Origin: Lama glama
Taxonomy: Eukaryota
Reading direction: 5' to 3'
Length of the DNA stretch: 64,000 nucleotides
NCBI GenBank assembly: GCA_028534125.1
Contig: CM052817.1
Span: 25,050,001 to 25,114,000, forward strand
The first letter of the stretch is position 1. Every line of letters starts with the position of its first letter. Positions 26,094-36,702 of the stretch are shown in pieces. The translations under genes and the position numbers were made by a program. Under the pieces are notes generated by a model. The model made no database searches. It was not told the origin of the DNA and was given only the letters and a program-made list of their open reading frames with translations.

Positions 26094-26896
26094 GGGGCTG
26101 GTGGTTGTCTGTGTCGCCAGAGCCAGCCCACTTGTGCCTGGGGAGCCGGCCCCGGGGGATTAGAGAAAGGAGGGTTGGTTACTAGGGAGAAGCACCTGGA
26201 GGTTCTGCCTCACCCTGATTGTGTGCTTAGGATGCAGATGGGTGGGCACGAGGACACTGCTCGTGTCTGGTCAGTGAGGCTGTGAGCAGGGACTTCTCAG
26301 CAGAGCCAGGCCAGCTGAGCGCTCCACACACACGTCCTGGGGGAAATGCCTGTGTCCTTGACGGGTGATGTCTTGTCACTGCAGGGCAGGTAAAGACTAG
26401 AGAGCTGTTACTACTTGGGCCTTCACGTAGAAACCATTTTGATGTCAGTTTGTACACGTCAAGTATTTGTCAGAATGGGCCAGACCGTGCTGCAGTGATA
26501 AATGACTCTGCATCTCTGTGGCTTCCCACCACAGAAGTCTTTTTGTCCCCGCAGCGCCACCTCTTCTCCACGAGGCATTATTTGGCCATATCAGAGCTGT
26601 CCCCCCCATGGTGGGTGACTTGGGGGTTGGGCTCCCTCTGCTTTGTGAAGCTGCTGTCTCCACATGCAGCCTCCACAGCAGCCACTGCTGGAAGGTCTCA
26701 GGGTAGCCCAGCCTCCCCCAGAGGGGACCTGGGAGAGGTGGTCTTCCCCTGGGGCCGAAGTGATGGTGAACTCAGAGAGATGCGGCTGCTGAAATATGGC
26801 TCCAAGCCCCCGGGCTGGACGGCACGGCGTGCGGGGTCCAGCTCTCCCGTGTCTCCCTGGGCAGTTAACATTCTCATTTCTTCTGTTCTTCTCCAG

Positions 26897-27097
26897 GTGG
26901 CGAATGGGAGGATCCAAAGCCTCGAAGCCACCATTGAGAGGCTCCTGACCAGTGAGAGCAAGCTGAAGCAGGCCACCCTGGCCTTAGAGCTGGAGCGGTC
27001 GGCCCTGCTGCAGACGGTGGCGCAGCTCCAGGGGCAGATGGCGGAGCTGAGCAGCCCGGAGCCTGAGCACGCACCGCCCGAGCCCGTGGGCGACTGA
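26897..27097 (+). CDS. TBC1D1: TBC1D1 last coding exon (VANGRIQSLEATIE...PEPVGD*)
   Basis: Acceptor ttcttctccag|GTG; 66 codons plus TGA at 27095-27097. The EPxGD terminus matches recalled TBC1D1 rather than TBC1D4. Confidence 0.96.
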   Translation: MANGRIQSLEATIERLLTSESKLKQATLALELERSALLQTVAQLQGQMAELSSPEPEHAPPEPVGD

Positions 27098-28680
27098 CCG
27101 TCATCGCCCAGCTCCGTGGGAGACGTGGCCGCCACCCAAACACTGTCCAGGCCTTAACTGAGAGAGACGGACGGAAGACGCTGGAGGGAGAGAGCGGAGC
27201 GTGGCGCATGCTTCTCAGGGAGGACGCTGGCTTGCCGGCATCCAGAGTCTTCTGGGCTGAGACTTGCGGCACCTGGGCGAACGCCCCGGTATTCTTGTTG
27301 TTGTTTAGGTTCTGATTCGTCCCTTCTCCAGTCCTGATTCCTGTACTCGGTAGATTTAGATGGCATGGACACCAATAAATGCACCTTTATGTTCCTTTGT
27401 TGTTTCCTTTCTCGGGATCACTGTGTTTATAAAGAGCATTCATAATACGGTGGAATTTCAAAAGCCAGAGAGGCTGGAGATGATTCTTCTGGCAAAGATG
27501 TGGGTCCGTCATTCTTCCAAAGGGGGTTTGTGTGACTTACACCAGCATCACTGGTGGGAGCGCAGTTGGCCCTTGACCATTCTTGTGGAAGCCTCAGATG
27601 ACTGTTAGGAAAAATCGAATTTGACATCTGAAATTTGATCACTGTGCTTGGTACTTAATGAAGTTTGTCTTTTAAGAATAGTTTTGATACATTTTTTTCC
27701 TTGGCCTGCAAGTACTGATCAAAGTCATTGTAGATAAATGTTTCATGGAAAATCATCTGTTTTCAGACCCTGCCAGGGGAGGCTGAGCATGCCACCCACA
27801 GCTGCAGTCTCTGTGGTGTCTGACGCCCACCTTGCAGAGTCATGTGTTCTGCTGCTGTAGGATGTAGTGCAGCCCTGTGTCCCCCTGCGTCTGCACCCCT
27901 TGGGTCTCTGATTTCCTGCTGAAGTTGCCGAGCACATCAGGGCATTTCAAAGTCTTCAGACTTTCAGCCTGAAATTGCAGTCAAATGTATGGCAGCTGAA
28001 AGCAGTTTTTCGAGGTAGGATGTGCATTTTGAATGTAACTCACACCCCTACGACCCCTTCCCTCAGGATGACGAGGACCCTGTGCCTTCAGCTGGCAAAA
28101 GGCCCCTCACAGTGGCCCTGGTGTCATCTGGTCGCTGTGCAAGGCTCATCCCTATGCTCCTTGAACGGGCAGTGGCGTGAGGGGGGCTGTGTGGACAGGT
28201 TCACTTCACTGACGGCAGAACCACTTCTGATCGTCACCGCATCATCTCAGCCACGTCTCCTCCACGAGAGGTCTCTTGACTCTCAGCGGAGGGCATCTCT
28301 TTGAAGCCTGAGGTGAATGGAAGCATTTTCACACTTGGACTTTTTAGAAAGACTCCCCAGACATTTCCAAGGGAGGCCAACGTGCTGCCCCTGGTGCCTG
28401 TGCAGTTGGTTCACACTGCGGACCCTTGCCTGTTCCCCAAACCAGAGGAGAGCAGTTCCTTTTGTGAACTAGGTGACAGCCAGTAACCTTTGCCCTGAGT
28501 TGTTCCACCTGCTGTAACTTAGAGGAGCTCACATTTGAGGGCTTCCTTCCACATATTTTACTGTTTGAATGTTTAAAAACGTTGAGTTTTGGACATCTTG
28601 TTACCGTTACTCAAAAACATCGACTCTGCATTAAATTAGAAACAAGCAAGCAATAAATCATGTCCACACTTTACAGTGTT
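27098..28680 (+). other. TBC1D1: TBC1D1 3' UTR
   Basis: Runs from the stop codon to the distal AATAAA (28652) and its GU/U-rich downstream element; the end is inferred. Confidence 0.75.
27374..27411 (+). terminator. Candidate proximal poly(A) signal
   Basis: AATAAA at 27374-27379 followed by U/GU-rich tttatgttcctttgttgtttccttt. Confidence 0.45.
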
Positions 28681-28715
28681 TGGTGTTTCTTTAACTTTGG
28701 GTTTTTGATTTTTAG
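28630..28715 (+). terminator. Distal poly(A) signal of TBC1D1
   Basis: ATTAAA at 28630 and AATAAA at 28652-28657, then gtgtttggtgtttctttaactttgggtttttgattttt. Confidence 0.75.
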
Positions 28716-28806
28716 CCCAGGAGCGAAGGACTGCCCCCCGATCACCTGTGGGTCAGTGTGTGTGACTGACTAGCTGGCGGCGAGGCCTCTGAGGGACCGG
28801 CATCTC

Positions 28807-28833
28807 GTGTTGCTAGTGTTGCTAGTGTTGCTA
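28807..28833. repeat. (GTGTTGCTA)3
   Basis: Three perfect 9-mers. Confidence 0.95.
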
Positions 28834-30709
28834 CCCACATGCTTGTGACGTTGCCGCCTCTCTGCACGGTGTGCGTGGTAGGGCTGATGAGACCAGCTGC
28901 ATGTGTCACGTGCCAGCGAGTGCTGTCCTGAGATCTCATGGTGGGGAGAGAATGGTTGACTCAGGCCTGTGATGACAGGTTGGACAGTCAGCCTGTGACT
29001 TAGCCGGGGACAGATAAAGTCATAGTTCTCCTCACTGTGAGAATTCATAGAGGCAAGATTTTAAACCAAGGTTTTGTGTTATGTTTTCCTGTGACGCACA
29101 ACTCTACACACATGTGCACTTGAAGACTGTCTTTCTGCCCTCTGGGACTGAAGACACTGTGAGCCCCCAGGAAGCTCACTGTAACATAGGACACGTATAA
29201 AAACGCCTGTGCAGAGCACTCAGTGTGGGATCCTCGGTGGAGCTGCAAGGAGACAGAACAGTGTCCAGTTGGGGGTTTGTGCTTGGTGGGCGGGTGAATC
29301 CGGGGAGAAGGGTCTCTGAGTGCTGTGGGTACAGGGTTTGTTCCAGGGATGAAAGCAGGCACTGCTGTGTGAGGAGAGGACAGGGGATGGTGCAGGGGGA
29401 GGTGTGCGGGTCAAGAGAAACCCCCGTCGGTCCCTCCGAGAAGCAGGACACATGCGGGTGCTGAGGTGGGCCTGGGCAGGTGGCACGTGGGCCTCGGTGT
29501 TCTGTGGTGACCACCTCTGCGTCTACAGCCAGGTGTCTGCTGGTGGGCTGGAGCCACCCTAAGTCAACAGTCAAGGTCAGAACTTGAGAAGAAGAGCTGG
29601 AGGTGGAGCAGAGGAGAATGAGGATGAGTTGGGACCTGCTAGGTGCCTCGTGTCTGTCACCACATTTGACTGCTGACCTTCAGAGAAAGATGGCCCTTGC
29701 TTCGCTTTGCCTTCCAAAAATTGCACAAGGATGTCTTTGAGCCGATTCTAATTTAAGACCACCAAGGAAGGGGACCTGGGGAAAGGTAGTCCTGGTTTAC
29801 CCAAGCTGGCATAGAACAGCCACCACAATTAACTTTGGCACCTGCCTAAGCATGCATGAGTGAGTCACTTTACAGAGGCCCTCCAGCTAAGTATGTATGA
29901 TTAGTGATCCATAGAGTTCGGACTCGAAGACTGACCTGGACTTTGCCACTGATGGTGCAACACTGGCGTCCAGGACCTCCCCTCCCTTCATCTGCTTCCT
30001 TCTGTCAAGTGTTACCAGACAATCTACAAATTAAGATCAGGAAGCTTCCTATGTGGGAAAATAATGTACAAGCCACATTATCTTAAACTGAAACTGCTTT
30101 AAGGGTTTGGAATAGCTCAAAATAATCTTGGATTGGGAAAGCCAGAGGGAACCTTCTATTTCTACTTCATACTAGAAAACCACCTTCCACCTCATTTTAT
30201 CGAGGAAAAAGCCGAAGAGAAGAGGGGTTCAAAAACCCTCTAATGGCTCAGCTGCAGGATCGGTAGATCCCCAGTCTCCTGACAGCCTCACAGTCAACAC
30301 CGCCCAGCTTTGATTTCAGTGGGTTTTGGGAATCTGTTTCTGATGGCATCAAGTTTCAAGGCAAGGAAAGTTCTGCCTCACTTTCCAGAAGGGTGATCTG
30401 TATTGTCAGGAGACCAACCCAGGTTCCTCCTGAGACGTGGGGCCCCCAGGGGCCTTAATTTATCCATCGTAAGTAAAAACCAGGGGGAGCTCCCCTGTCC
30501 CCCTGCATGTGGACGCCGGGCAGAGGAATGCTGCTGCAATGGGGTCTGAATTCGAAACTGACAACAAAGATGAAAAAGAGTGTTCTTATCTAGGATTCAT
30601 CGATAACTGCCTTCATATCTCTAAAGTGAATAATCAGCCAACTGTCTTGGTTGTAAGCCCTTACTAGCAAAGCATTTGAATTTATACCCCATGTATATAT
30701 TTACTTAAA

Positions 30710-31745
30710 AATTTCAAACATGACTCAATTTTATTATAAAATAAAGTTTAAATGAGGTGAAACAAAATAGTTAAAAAGTATTGATGATTAAAAAGATGAC
30801 TTCTAGTGTTTCTAAGTAGAACCATGAACAGTTCATTTAAAATATTGTTTTAAGACTGCAGTACAGTCATTCAGATGTCAGTTTCCCAGTTTAGCCTAGT
30901 TTGATGGTTGGTTTGAATGCACTGTCGTGGCTGGATAAAGGCTGGCTTACAACCTCTCGAGAGAGAAAGGGCACTGCTGGTCCCATTAAGTCATGATGCT
31001 TATTAATTCACTTTCATTCACCAATTGTGCAAAGGTTTTTGCTGAGGTATGGTTAGAAAATTTCCATCTTCTCTAAGGGCAGACTAACGTAAACTCATCA
31101 ACATGTGTTAGAGGTTGCCTCTTCCTCTCTTTGTAAAGCTTTGTGAACAAATTATAAAAGCGTTTCCAAGATTGTTTGAGTAACACCTTCACACGGTTTC
31201 TGGCTAAGAGATGACCTAACCAACAGCAGCACTTCAAACACCCTTTTCTGGAAAAGCCCTTTCCATAGCACGTTCTCAGAAGTCTTTTTTGGGCTCCCCG
31301 CCCGGAGCCCTGTGTTCTCAGTCATGGGTCTCAGTTCATCATGTGGCTGCCTGCTCCCCAGCCTGTGTGCCCGCTGTGAACACAGTGTCTCTACACCAGC
31401 CTCTTTCCTGCAAAGCCCTGGACTGAGCAGAGCAGAGAGGAGCTGAACAGTGTGGTGTCAAAAATAGCACCTGCGAATCACTGCTCTTTCTTAACCGCAG
31501 TGTCCACCCCGCAGAACCACTGGAGTCAGCCTGGACAGTCTGACGGGGATGAAGGAGGCTGTTCTCATTCCTTGTCTCGTTCCTTCTCCCGGTCAGATTC
31601 GTCTGCTTTTCCTCACTTTTCTGGCTGCGTCTTCCTGCCATTGTCGTTGTCCTGTTCTGTATCTGGATCGGTGTCTAGGGTGTCTTCCTGCTCTTCTAGG
31701 CAGTTCTTCTTTCCAAACGTCTAACCGTGTTTCTCATTTCCTCCA
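30710..31745 (-). pseudogene. Putative terminal pseudo-exon, coiled coil and charged cytoplasmic tail
   Basis: Acceptor cagcttttcctacag|TG; EEMRNTVRRLERR, then a purine-rich D/E/K/R reading; minus-strand AATAAA at 30735-30730. Confidence 0.45.
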
Positions 31746-31965
31746 CTGTAGGAAAAGCTGACTCTGACTACTGTTAAACCGTGGCTATGGGTCTTGGCCC
31801 CCTGCAGGGTGACATCCCGAGGTACCATCTTGGGGAATCTGTGCAGCTGGGGAAGTAGCACTTTAGTGAAGTTGAGGCAAGTTTACCTGGTGGAGGTGGG
31901 GTGTCATTCTATTCAGTGATGTCAAAGTTCTGCCCACCTTGGTTCTTCCTGTACTTTCTTGGGTC

Positions 31966-32501
31966 TTTTTGTTTTGTTTTTGTTTTTGAAATATAGTTGA
32001 TTTACAGTGTCAGTTTCAGGTGTACAGCAAAGTGATTCAGTTGTACACACATGTATGTATATATGTATGTGTGTATGTGTGTGTGTATGTATATATATAT
32101 ATATATTTCTTTTTTAGATTCTTTTCCATTATAGGTTATTCTAAGATACTGAATATAGTTCCCTGTGCTATACAAGGTCCTCCTTGGTTCTCTGTTTTAT
32201 ATACCGTAGTATGTATCTGTTAATTTCAAACTCCTAATTTATCCCTTCCCCCACCTCTGCTTTTCCCTTTAGTAACCATAAGTTTGTTTTCTATGTCTGT
32301 GAGTCTATTTGTTTTGTAAATAAGTTCCTTTGTATCATTTTTTTATATTCTACATATAAGTGATATCATACGATATTTGTCTTTCTCTGTCTGACTTACT
32401 TCACTGAGTATGGTCATCTCTAGGGTCCACCTGTGTTGCTGCAAATGGCATTATTTCATTCTTTTTTAGGGCTGAGTAATATTCCACCGAGTAATATTCC
32501 A
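31966..32501 (-). mobile_element. 5'-truncated cetartiodactyl-type L1 3' UTR with internal (TG/TA)n
   Basis: T-rich tail, then aatatagttgatttaca...tcaggtgtacagcaaagtgattcag...gaatatagttccctgtgctataca...gttgctgcaaatggcattatttcattc. Confidence 0.85.
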
Positions 32502-33329
32502 TAGTGGAATATTACTTGAAACTCTCCAAAAGGAAATCCTGACTGCTCAGATTCCATTCCGGGGTTCTGAGAATACATGGGCAAAGACTTGCTCAGTTGC
32601 TGTTCATATTCTTTTGGAATGAGTTGCCAGTGGTGGAAGGGGTACTGGAAATGGGAATGCAGAAACCTTTGAAGAATTATAAAGCCAGCTGAAATTTGCA
32701 GCTTTATTGAATAAGAGAGGAAGTGGATGCTGTAACGTCTGGCTCATTGAGCCCTGTTGACAGTCTGGTCTGTGGGGATTGTGAGAATGTTCTTGCAGAA
32801 GTTCCTTTAATCCTCAGTGTCGTCTTTAAGAAGCCTCAGGGCTTCCCAGGTTCTTCTCCTGAGCAATGTTTGTGTTCAATCCAATGTTAGCTGTGCAGCT
32901 GAACATGTGATCCTATTTTGACTTGACATTTCCAAAACACTCAAAGCCAAACTGGTGACCCTTCAGTTAGCAAATGTGGAAGCATTTTGTTCTGACCCAT
33001 GACTCATTTTGACCCTCTCTGGTCTGTCTTTATTCCAATTAGTTCATGCTTTCTCATATCTTTAACGTCCTTTTAAGTTATCCTAAAACACTTGAAGAAC
33101 AAGATGGAACTTGGCAATTATAAATAGAAGCAACAACTAGTGGTTAAAATCACGGGTCCTGAAGTCAACTAGAGTCCAACCCCGATAGCACGTCTATAAA
33201 GTAGAAATAATAGTAACTGTTTCACAGGATTGTTTGAATATTTATGAAGAGCACTGAGCACTGTGGCTGAGACAAAGTTAGCAAGCAGTACATGTTAACT
33301 ATCAGTAGACAGAAATTATAGAAACTAAA

Positions 33330-33970
33330 TGGATCCAATTTTGTGAGCTTAAAATCGACCCCAGGCAAAATTCCTTAGCAGATTGTAAACATATTTGAAA
33401 GGTGATCTCTAAAATGATTACATTTTCTTAAAAGCATGTCATGCTAGGCCAATATAATTTTACGATTTGAAAAGTGCAATGACCAAGCTGTAGAAAAACA
33501 TACCTTGATGTCAGCAAAGCTTTTGATAACATCTTTCACAGTAACATACGGAAGTTAAAGTTACATGGGAGGGAGAACTCACTTGGGTTGATTTAACAGG
33601 TTAAACTAGTAAGACCTCTAGATGGTGGTTCTCAGCCCTGGTTGCACATTAGAATCACCTGGAGATTTTTTTTTTTAAGTTTTTTTGTTGTCTTTTAAGC
33701 TCCCCTGTGATTTTAAAGTTAATCAGGATGGAGATCTACTGCTGTAATTATAATGGATTGAGATGAGCCTAGAAGTTAGGGATTTAATTTACCTGAACTG
33801 GATTTTGTCCTTGGCCAGCCGAGTCCACATTTGTATCCGTGACCTGTACAAGGCCCTGTGGAAGGGGGCCTGCCTCTCAGACGTGAGGATGCTGCAGAGC
33901 AGACGCGGTGAAGACGTTGATGTGGACAAGCTGGACCTGTGACCTGATTTGAGCAAAATGCACTTTTAAA
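33330..33970 (+). mobile_element. L3/CR1 reverse-transcriptase relic, interrupted by a MER5-like insert (~33620-33745)
   Basis: taccttgatgtcagcaaagcttttgataac reads YLDVSKAFDN (CR1 YLDFSKAFD motif). Later ggattttgtccttggcc...tttgtatccgtgacctg resembles GSVLGP..F.IFINDL. Confidence 0.6.
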
Positions 33971-33997
33971 TGCCAGGCTCTAGGTTCACGCAAAGGG

Positions 33998-34192
33998 CAG
34001 TGGTTTCAAAGCATAACCCCCAGAGCAACAGCATCAGCAGCATCTGCAAACTTGTCAAAAGTGCAAATTCTCTGGCTCTACCCCAACTTACTAGTTCAGA
34101 AACTCTACAAGGTGGAGCTGGCAGTCTTTTTTTAACAAGCCTTCTGAGGGATTCCAGGGGATCTTTAAGCGTGCCAAAGCTTAAGAACCACT
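33998..34192 (+). mobile_element. MER5A
   Basis: cagtggtttcaaag...agcatcagcagcatctg...tgcaaattctc...ttaagaaccact. Confidence 0.75.
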
Positions 34193-34751
34193 TGTATGTG
34201 AGGGGAAAAGTCCTGCTGGACAAGTACAAAATGGAAGACACCTGAGTTAGCGTCACAGGCTGGGAAGAGAATCTCCTTATTCTTGGTCCACAGCTCTATT
34301 GTATCCGCACTTTCCCGTTGCTGTGAAGATCTTCCGTACTTCGTGGGGCATACCACTTGCCTCTCCCTTTGTTCCACATTCACGGTATAATCTGTTCATT
34401 GAAAATCTGAATAATTCTAGAGACTGTTAGACAGTGAGAAATGTTGAGTGTAGAGTACAGTGATATAACAATAGCTAAAAACAAAACAAAACAATGCCTA
34501 GGAGTCCACCACATGCCAGGCCCTGTGATGAGCCGGAAGTGAACCGAGCCCACCCTTCAACTCTTGCTACCCAACCAGTAATGGTGATCATTTCACAGTT
34601 GCAAACGGATCAGTCCCTCATTTCTTTCCTCATAAGGTAATGTTCATCTAAGAAGCTCACAACAGGGCCTGGCATTTCCAGGATCTGGCTTCCCCATAGA
34701 GATTAAGAATGTGTTAGCATGTGTCACATGTGCTGAGAAGCCCTCCGTACG

Positions 34752-35470
34752 TGTGATATTGTGATGTATAATAAGAAATATATATCTGATCTTTAAGCAG
34801 AGCTCCTAAAACCTTTGGGATTTTCTGTGATAAAAGTGATAGAAGTATCGTTTGTTATGTTAGTGAGGTGAATTTTAGAAAGCACTGAATGGGGGGGTGC
34901 TGGTTGTCAGGGGAGCCAACCGAGAAGAGAGGGTTAGAACTTTCAGCCCCATCTCCTGATTTCTGGGGAGCGGGGGTGCTGAAGGTTGACTCAATCACCG
35001 ATTGCCAATGATTTAACCAACCATGCCCATGTGATGAAGCCTCCATAAAACCCCAGAAGGATGGGGTTCTGAGAGCTCCCGGGTTGGAGCAGACATGGAG
35101 ATTCAGGGAGAGTGGGGTGCTCAGAGAGGGCATGGAAGCTCCAAACCCTTCCCTGACTTGCTCTGTGCATCTCCATCAGTTATGTGAGCCACTCTAGCAA
35201 ATTAATTGAACCCAAAGATGGGGTTGGGGAAACCTCCAATTTATAGCCAGTCAGATGCGCAGGTGACAACAGGGATTTGCAACTGGCGTGTGAAGTGGGG
35301 TGTCCAAAGATGGGCAAGTCTTGTGGGACTGTGCCCTTAACCTGTGGGGCCTGACGCTCTCTCCAGGCAGAAGTTGTCAGAACTGAGTTGAACTTTAAGG
35401 GACCCAGCTGGCATCCAAGAATTGCTTGGTGGTGTGGAAAAAACCCCACACGTTGGAGCTGGTGTTAGAA
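34752..35470 (+). mobile_element. MER21-type solo LTR
   Basis: Begins tgtgatattgtga...cagagctcctaaaacc and contains aatgatttaaccaaccatgcc...aagcctccataaaaccc, as in recalled MER21. Confidence 0.8.
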
Positions 35471-35558
35471 CTGTGGTTAAGAAATGTAGTTTCCACTCTT
35501 TCTTTCAATCTGTTGTCTTTCTAAAATGTTTCTTCCCCATTATTGTTATGTTACATAC

Positions 35559-35925
35559 TGTTTAAAAATCATTAAAGAAGACAATTTAGGTGATACAAAC
35601 TTTATCTAACACTTCATAAAGTGAACAGCCTCCTTTCAGAGAACTGCAAAATGGAGCAGAAGGCAAGAAACCTTAATAGGACGAGGAATAAAAAGCAAGG
35701 ATGGGACAGATGAAAAATGTGTGATTGCCCGGCGGCCACATGGTCAGTCTTGTTTGGGGTGAGAAGGCCCAGAGCCAGCTCGGCTGCTGGGGGTTGGCTG
35801 CCGGGACACACTGCGTTCCTGGTGAAGGGGAGCATTTACGGGGCCATGTTATCTGAGCTTTGGTTGCTGGCGTGGCACCTCAGGCAGGAGTGGCTCCGTC
35901 TTGGGCCTAGAGATTGATTTCAGCA
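35559..35925 (-). mobile_element. Probable ERV-type solo LTR (family not resolved)
   Basis: TG...CA-bounded; the minus strand starts tgctgaaatcaatctctaggcccaagacggagccact. Confidence 0.45.
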
Positions 35926-36087
35926 GTACACATGGTAAAAACTCGAATACACGACAGAACATACAAGATAACATTGACGTCCCCCAAAGCCCCCTCAACC
36001 TGCATCCTACTACCCATAGGTAATCCCTTTGATCAGTTTCTTAGCTTTTCTTCCAAAAATTGATACACATACTACACAAAATGCATA

Positions 36088-36450
36088 TGGAAACATTTTG
36101 GGTTGCCACAACTAGGGGGGAGAGGAAGGGTGTGTGCAACTGTCTTCTAGAGGGCAGAGCCCGAGACGCTACTAAGCACCCCACAAGGCATGGACAGACC
36201 CCCCAGCAGACGTCAGTGCCCACGGTGTCAGTGTTACCCATGGTGAGAAAGCTGGTGGTGGTTTTGAAACATGAATGTATCAGAATCCCCTGGAGGGTTT
36301 GTTGGAACACAGATTGTGGGGCACCGCCCCCAAGTTTCTAATTCAGTTGATCTGGATGGGGGGGTGGGGGGCCAGTTTGCGTTTCTACAAGTTTCCAGTG
36401 GATGCTGACGTTGCAGGCCCAGAGACCCCACTTTCCGAACCTCTGCCTGG
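36088..36450. mobile_element. MER20 fragment followed by MER5A
   Basis: acattttgggttgccacaact...gctactaagcaccccacaaggca, then gaatcccctggagggtttgttggaacacagattg...gtttctacaagtttccagtggatgctga. Confidence 0.7.
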
Positions 36451-36506
36451 GCCTTCCCCTGTCTACAGGGACCTGGTGGCTCACTAGCTCCAGGCCTTGG
36501 TTCCAC

Positions 36507-36702
36507 CTGGAAGAAAGGTTGGAAGAGAGGGAGGAACCCTGCCCACACTGAGTGCCGAGCCCAGACGGAGCAGAAACCATTTCCAGTCTCAGTCCATTGG
36601 CGAGAACTTAATGATGTAGCCACCCTTTGTTGTACAAGAGCCTGGAAGACGGGGTCACTAGCAGAGGCCTGTGAGCCCCACAAAGATGGGGGGGTTTTAT
36701 CA
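36507..36702 (-). pseudogene. Putative pseudo-exon, TM5-TM7 (TM6 largely missing)
   Basis: Acceptor cttccttcttcctcttag|TG. Mosaic IK....LWG..LC*...LYNK...MD*DWKWFLL..LGTQ...FLP, ending at a weak donor gtggaa. Confidence 0.55.

Noticed and set aside
30710..31745. Processed pseudogene of an SR-rich or acidic protein
   Set aside because: No poly(A) tail or TSD and it begins at a splice acceptor, so a terminal exon of the intron-containing relic is the better explanation.
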